Shown here in pieces: positions 60,280 through 64,000 of a stretch of DNA of 64,000 nucleotides; position 1 is the stretch's first letter, and each line of letters starts with the position of its first letter. Source of the stretch: a virus; IMG/VR virus record IMGVR_UViG_3300049216_000067. The stretch is one strand, 5' to 3'. Below the pieces are notes generated by a model. That model was not told the DNA's origin, ran no database searches, and saw only the letters and a program-made list of their open reading frames with translations. Position numbers and translations under genes: made by a program.

Positions 60280-60525
60280 CTATTCGCGCCCATAGTCCCA
60301 GTCACCATGTTGCATCGCGTCTGCGGCATCTGCCTCGCCCTCGCGATAGGCGTCGATAATATCCCGGACGGCAATCTCCGGACTGCAATTGTACGAATTG
60401 ACATACTCGCACGCTTCCATAAACAGGGTTTCCATGTCCAAGTGATCCGGAAGCAACGCATCTTTAATGATGAGCATGATTGCCGCGTTTCGCGCTTGTA
60501 TCGACTGGTATACCGTGTCCGACAT
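60280..60525 (-). CDS. Acidic hypothetical protein
   Basis: AAAGGAG RBS; first gene behind a sigma54 motif. Confidence 0.7.
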   Translation of the reverse strand: MSDTVYQSIQARNAAIMLIIKDALLPDHLDMETLFMEACEYVNSYNCSPEIAVRDIIDAYREGEADAADAMQHGDWDYGRE

Positions 60526-60563
60526 GCTTTGTACTCCTTTGGAATTGATCCGTAGCTAGGATC

Positions 60564-60580
60564 ATGCAAGGGGCATGCCA
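60564..60580 (-). promoter_or_regulatory. sigma54 -24/-12 promoter
   Basis: TGGCATGCCCCTTGCAT, identical to 59828-59844. Confidence 0.8.
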
Positions 60581-60631
60581 ATTCAATCAGGGCACTAATA
60601 GGACGATTCTACCCCGCAATGTGACGCAAAG

Positions 60632-60646
60632 TGACGTAAATTGTCA
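60632..60646. promoter_or_regulatory. Candidate shared enhancer between divergent sigma54 promoters
   Basis: TGAC-GTAAATT-GTCA. Confidence 0.6.
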
Positions 60647-60728
60647 GTCGATTGACAATCAGGGGCACATTTTAACAAGTCGGCTCGTTAAATCTTTCAA
60701 TCAGCGGTCTAGTAGCCCTTGTTTTAGT

Positions 60729-60745
60729 TGGCACGATGTGTGCAT
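60729..60745 (+). promoter_or_regulatory. sigma54 -24/-12 promoter
   Basis: TGGCACGATGTGTGCAT (GG-N10-GC), 40 nt upstream of the DUF932 ATG. Confidence 0.75.
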
Positions 60746-60785
60746 AATCCTAATCGTCAGTCATTTCAAACAAGGAGATTCAAAC

Positions 60786-61841
60786 ATGTCACATCAGATT
60801 GCTAATCAAGCCAATGGTCAAGCTGCTGCGGTATTCAGTGCCTTAGAGGGCGCTGGCTGGACAGGTCTCGGTCAAGAGATTCCGGCAGACATGGCCAATG
60901 ATCCCCGCGCCATTGCCAAATTGTGCGGCGCTAACTTCACTGTTGAAAAACGAGAATGCTACTTTAAGAGTGCTGAAGGCACCTATAAGGCCGCGCGCGG
61001 AAAGGATGTGTTAGTCCGCACCGATACGGATCGCATGCTGAGTGTCGTGTCCGACAATCGCTATCATGTCACTAATCGTCAGCCTGTCGATATCTTCGAA
61101 GCTTTCCGCGACGAACTGGCACAGAATAATCTGACAATCTCGCATGGTGCCGTGCTCCGAGGTGGCGCTGATATCGTCGTTTGCGCCTTGCTTCCCTCAG
61201 AGTTTGATATCGTGGTAGGCAACGGTGACCGAATCAAGCAATACGTCACCGCTAGCACGGGCTACAATGGCCACGGCACGCGCGTCACTAAGTCAGGCTA
61301 TCGCGTCGTGTGCGCTAACACGCATGCCGCGAACATTGCGGATGCTGAGGCAAAGGATAAAATCCGCACCATTCGCGCTAGCACGCAATTGGAGCGCGAT
61401 TCTATCGCTAACCTGATTGTCGATGTGAAAAAGCTTGTGGACGCAGAGCGCGCGACCTTCGATGCCATGGCCAATACTCGCATGTCTAACGAAGATGTAG
61501 CGCGCTACTTCGCGGATGTGCTGGAATTCAACATCGCGGATCTGAACCGTACCAATGCGAACGGCAAGAAACTCGTTAGCACTAAAACTCAAAACATCGT
61601 GAATCAATTGCTTGCGAGCTATGCGAATGCTCCGGGCGCGGACATGGCCATGGGGACCGCATGGGGCGCATTCAACGCGGTGACCTACTACGCGACGCAT
61701 CTTAAGACTGTGCGCGATACCAGCGGTTCAGGTGAGTCTGCGGCTCGCGTCGCGTCTAACCTGAATGGGGACGCGGCTCAAATGAAATTGCGTGCCTTGC
61801 AGCTAGCGGCAAGCTACTCGGATATCGCAGTAGCCGCGTAA
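60786..61841 (+). CDS. DUF932 (TIGR03299-like phage/plasmid) protein
   Basis: WTGLG, LVRTDT, GAVLRGG, RVVCANT, GTAWGAFNAVTYYATH; AAGGAG RBS before MSHQI. Confidence 0.85.
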   Translation: MSHQIANQANGQAAAVFSALEGAGWTGLGQEIPADMANDPRAIAKLCGANFTVEKRECYFKSAEGTYKAARGKDVLVRTDTDRMLSVVSDNRYHVTNRQPVDIFEAFRDELAQNNLTISHGAVLRGGADIVVCALLPSEFDIVVGNGDRIKQYVTASTGYNGHGTRVTKSGYRVVCANTHAANIADAEAKDKIRTIRASTQLERDSIANLIVDVKKLVDAERATFDAMANTRMSNEDVARYFADVLEFNIADLNRTNANGKKLVSTKTQNIVNQLLASYANAPGADMAMGTAWGAFNAVTYYATHLKTVRDTSGSGESAARVASNLNGDAAQMKLRALQLAASYSDIAVAA

Positions 61842-61849
61842 TGACTCAC

Positions 61850-61880
61850 GGCGCGGGGACCGTGAAACCCGCGCCCTTTT
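61850..61880 (+). terminator. Intrinsic terminator
   Basis: GGCGCGGG..CCCGCGCC-CTTTT. Confidence 0.7.
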
Positions 61881-61887
61881 CTTAAAG

Positions 61888-61930
61888 TGTGAAGTCTGAC
61901 ACGCATTTTAAGGAAAGGGTTTAATAGAAT
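61888..61930 (+). promoter_or_regulatory. CRP-family class II promoter candidate
   Basis: TGTGA-AGTCTG-ACACG centred at -41.5 relative to a TAGAAT -10 (61925-61930); no -35 consensus. Confidence 0.55.
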
Positions 61931-61966
61931 TCTCTTAACACGCAACGGACACAAGGAGATATTAAT

Positions 61967-62554
61967 ATGTTAAACATCAAGGGCGCTTTCGTGGTCATCA
62001 AACAGTCTGGCGTCGAGCCGGTCATCCTTGGCGAGCGCCAGTATGTCGGCTATATGGAGCGCGTGACGATTGTAGGCTTTGACAAGGCTAACCATTTCGT
62101 ATTCGGGGCCGGTACGATTGCCGCGTTGCCTTGCACGCAAGCGTGCATGGAATCCGTAGCCCTGAACTATGCCGATACCGAGAAGCACGGCAAAATGGTC
62201 AAGGCAATCTGTGCGCGCATTGCGCTCGGTATGCCGCTAGGCAACGGCAAGGATATCGGGGAGGGTGGCTTGGGCATCAAGTCGCCTGTAGACGCGCCTA
62301 AGTCGCCTAATGGCGGTTCGCGCGTCTCGGTCCCCGATTCAATCAACGCCTAACCCAAGGAGAATATTATGGAAAATAAACTAGTCAAGGAATTGCGAGA
62401 CATCTCATATGAGATAGACGGTATTGCCGCTGACTTAGCGGCAGGGGATATCGACCCAGCAAAAGCCGCTGAAACCCTGGCGAACGTTGCCATGGGCTTG
62501 CGCATTGGATTGAATGCACTCACACGCTCGGTTCCTGACTTAAACAACGCCTAA
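61967..62554 (+). CDS. Two hypothetical proteins (61967-62353, 62369-62554)
   Basis: AAGGAG RBS in front of each. Confidence 0.7.
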
Positions 62555-62571
62555 CGAAAGGAGCATATATT

Positions 62572-62931
62572 ATGTCAACTAACGCTACCCTCGAATTTGT
62601 CGATTCAAACAAGTGTAAGTGTTATGTCTATAAACACTGGGACGGCTCTCCTAGCGGAATCAAAGAGGCAATCTTCAAGGCTCTTCGCTTTTCGTGGCTA
62701 TTGCCCCGCTTTGAGGCGGATGAATTCGCGGCATCATTCATTGCGGCTAACAAGGTCGGACCCGGAGATGTCCGCGTGATAGGCAAACTGAAAGACTATT
62801 CTGGCGACTATCATTATGCCATATCGCATTCTGTGGATATTTGGATTAAGGCATATTCACTCGATTTTAAAGACGGCAAACGCACCTTGATTTATGACGG
62901 CAGTTTCCGCGAATGGAATCCGATAGACTGA
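62572..62931 (+). CDS. Conserved phage hypothetical protein
   Basis: MST.A..YVYKHWDGSP..LPRFEADEFAASFIAANK motif. Confidence 0.7.
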   Translation: MSTNATLEFVDSNKCKCYVYKHWDGSPSGIKEAIFKALRFSWLLPRFEADEFAASFIAANKVGPGDVRVIGKLKDYSGDYHYAISHSVDIWIKAYSLDFKDGKRTLIYDGSFREWNPID

Positions 62932-62965
62932 CAATTAGTGTCACATTGTGACGGCACATTGTGAC
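62929..62965. promoter_or_regulatory. Candidate enhancer
   Basis: TGAC-AATTAGT-GTCA followed by CACATTGTGAC twice. Confidence 0.6.
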
Positions 62966-63026
62966 ACTTTTAAACATCGAGCAATTGAAACTGGCCTACT
63001 AGACCGACGATTGAATGATTTAGACT

Positions 63027-63043
63027 TGGCACGCCGATTGCAT
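63027..63043 (+). promoter_or_regulatory. sigma54 -24/-12 promoter (consensus)
   Basis: TGGCACGCCGATTGCAT matches TGGCACG-N4-TTGCW. Confidence 0.88.
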
Positions 63044-63080
63044 ACTCTTAGTCAGTAGTAACGAATTGGGGGATTAACGA

Positions 63081-63836
63081 ATGAATATGAATGGCGCGAT
63101 TATCTATAAAGGACCGAGTTTGCTAGACGGCTCTCCGATTGTCGTTATCGCTAGTGGCCTAGCCGCTAAGTCATCTAATCGTAAGACTGGGGACATGGTT
63201 CAGACTTACATTCTACGCGCCGACATGGAGCCGACTACGGCAGTTAAATCAGGCGCTGATAGTTCAATCTGCGGCGCATGTCCGCATCGCGGCATCGCGC
63301 ACGGCGACCATAACGAAGGTCGGACATGCTATGTCAATGTCGGTCAAGGCCCTTTGCAGATTTATCGCGGCTTTGTTCGCGGCATTTATCCGACTGTAGA
63401 CGCCGACAAGCTTGCTTATATCGGCGCTGGGCGCAATGTGCGGCTCGGTACGTATGGTGATCCTGCGGCAGTGCCTACGCATGTTTGGGAAACCCTTGTT
63501 TCGAAGTCTGAGGGGCATACCGGCTACACGCATCAATGGCGCAATGCTCCGACGTTACGCACACTGTGCATGGCCAGCGCCGACAGTGAGGCAGATGCCA
63601 TTGAGGCGCATGCTAGTGGCTGGCGTACCTTTCGCGTTGCCTTGCCTTGTGATGCACCTAAGCTTGCGTCTGAAGTAGTCTGTCCTGCCAGTGCTGAGGC
63701 AGGTAAGAAGCTTGCTTGTGCCGAATGTCTCGCGTGCTGCGGCGCTGACGGTAGGAAAGGCTCGATTGTGATTCAGGCACATGGCGGTTTTGCTGTCATG
63801 TCCAACATTAAGAAACGTTCAGAATTGAACATCTAA
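63081..63836 (+). CDS. Cys-rich conserved phage protein (possibly Fe-S binding)
   Basis: IIYKGPSLLDG, NRKTG, ICGACPHR, CYV, RLGTYGDP, GYTHQW, CPAS, CAECLAC. Confidence 0.75.
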   Translation: MNMNGAIIYKGPSLLDGSPIVVIASGLAAKSSNRKTGDMVQTYILRADMEPTTAVKSGADSSICGACPHRGIAHGDHNEGRTCYVNVGQGPLQIYRGFVRGIYPTVDADKLAYIGAGRNVRLGTYGDPAAVPTHVWETLVSKSEGHTGYTHQWRNAPTLRTLCMASADSEADAIEAHASGWRTFRVALPCDAPKLASEVVCPASAEAGKKLACAECLACCGADGRKGSIVIQAHGGFAVMSNIKKRSELNI

Positions 63837-63879
63837 AGTTTAATTAACCCTCAATTGTAACTCACAAGGAGATTATATT

Positions 63880-64000
63880 ATGTACAATCTTAACTCTAAT
63901 CGTCGTTGGAAGCGTGTCATTGCCGTCAATCAGATGCACACTTGTAATCGTGCTGCGCGTCGTGCTGCGGCTCGGATTCAAGCCGCATTGACTCCTAATG
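63880..64000 (+). CDS. Partial basic ORF running off the window
   Basis: AAGGAG RBS then MYNLNSNRRWKR... Confidence 0.6.
   Translation, partial: MYNLNSNRRWKRVIAVNQMHTCNRAARRAAARIQAALTPN

Noticed and set aside
60564-60785. N-terminal extension of the 425-aa ORF
   Set aside because: The region holds promoters and enhancers; the RBS supports a start at 60786

Overview
About 64 kb of a T4-like (T4-superfamily, cyanophage/phiM12-type gene order) myovirus genome, probably infecting a proteobacterium. From 1 to 37.4 kb lies a minus-strand core: gp18-19-20, head-core/internal proteins, gp68-21-22-23, gp3-uvsY-uvsW-gp55-47-46, def, cobT/cobS-like, gp1-45-44-62-regA, dCMP deaminase, a metallophosphoesterase and a vWA protein, with T4-type late promoters and GIY-YIG/EndoVII homing endonucleases. 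From 37.5 to 57.9 kb is a minus-strand accessory region of many small ORFs plus an HD hydrolase, NTase-Zn-finger protein, GH5 glycanase, lipoprotein, AAA ATPase, kinase and HNH. A 1.3 kb non-coding, repeat-dense block (57.9-59.2 kb) is followed by a visibly GC-richer island with divergent transcription. Most notable: (1) four sigma54 (-24/-12) promoters in that island, each with a TGAC-N7-GTCA palindromic enhancer candidate and an IHF-like element between enhancer and promoter, plus a CRP-like site centred at -41.5, which suggests early phage genes wired to host activators; (2) a 762-aa His/Lys-rich head protein built as about 11 modules separated by prohead-protease-type [ILV]-x-E linkers, a candidate polyprotein of packaged cargo proteins; (3) a multi-hairpin non-coding RNA candidate upstream of the late sigma gene 55; (4) a TAATAGGA octamer present 14 times in 2.5 kb. 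All calls come from reading motifs by eye; no searches were run.
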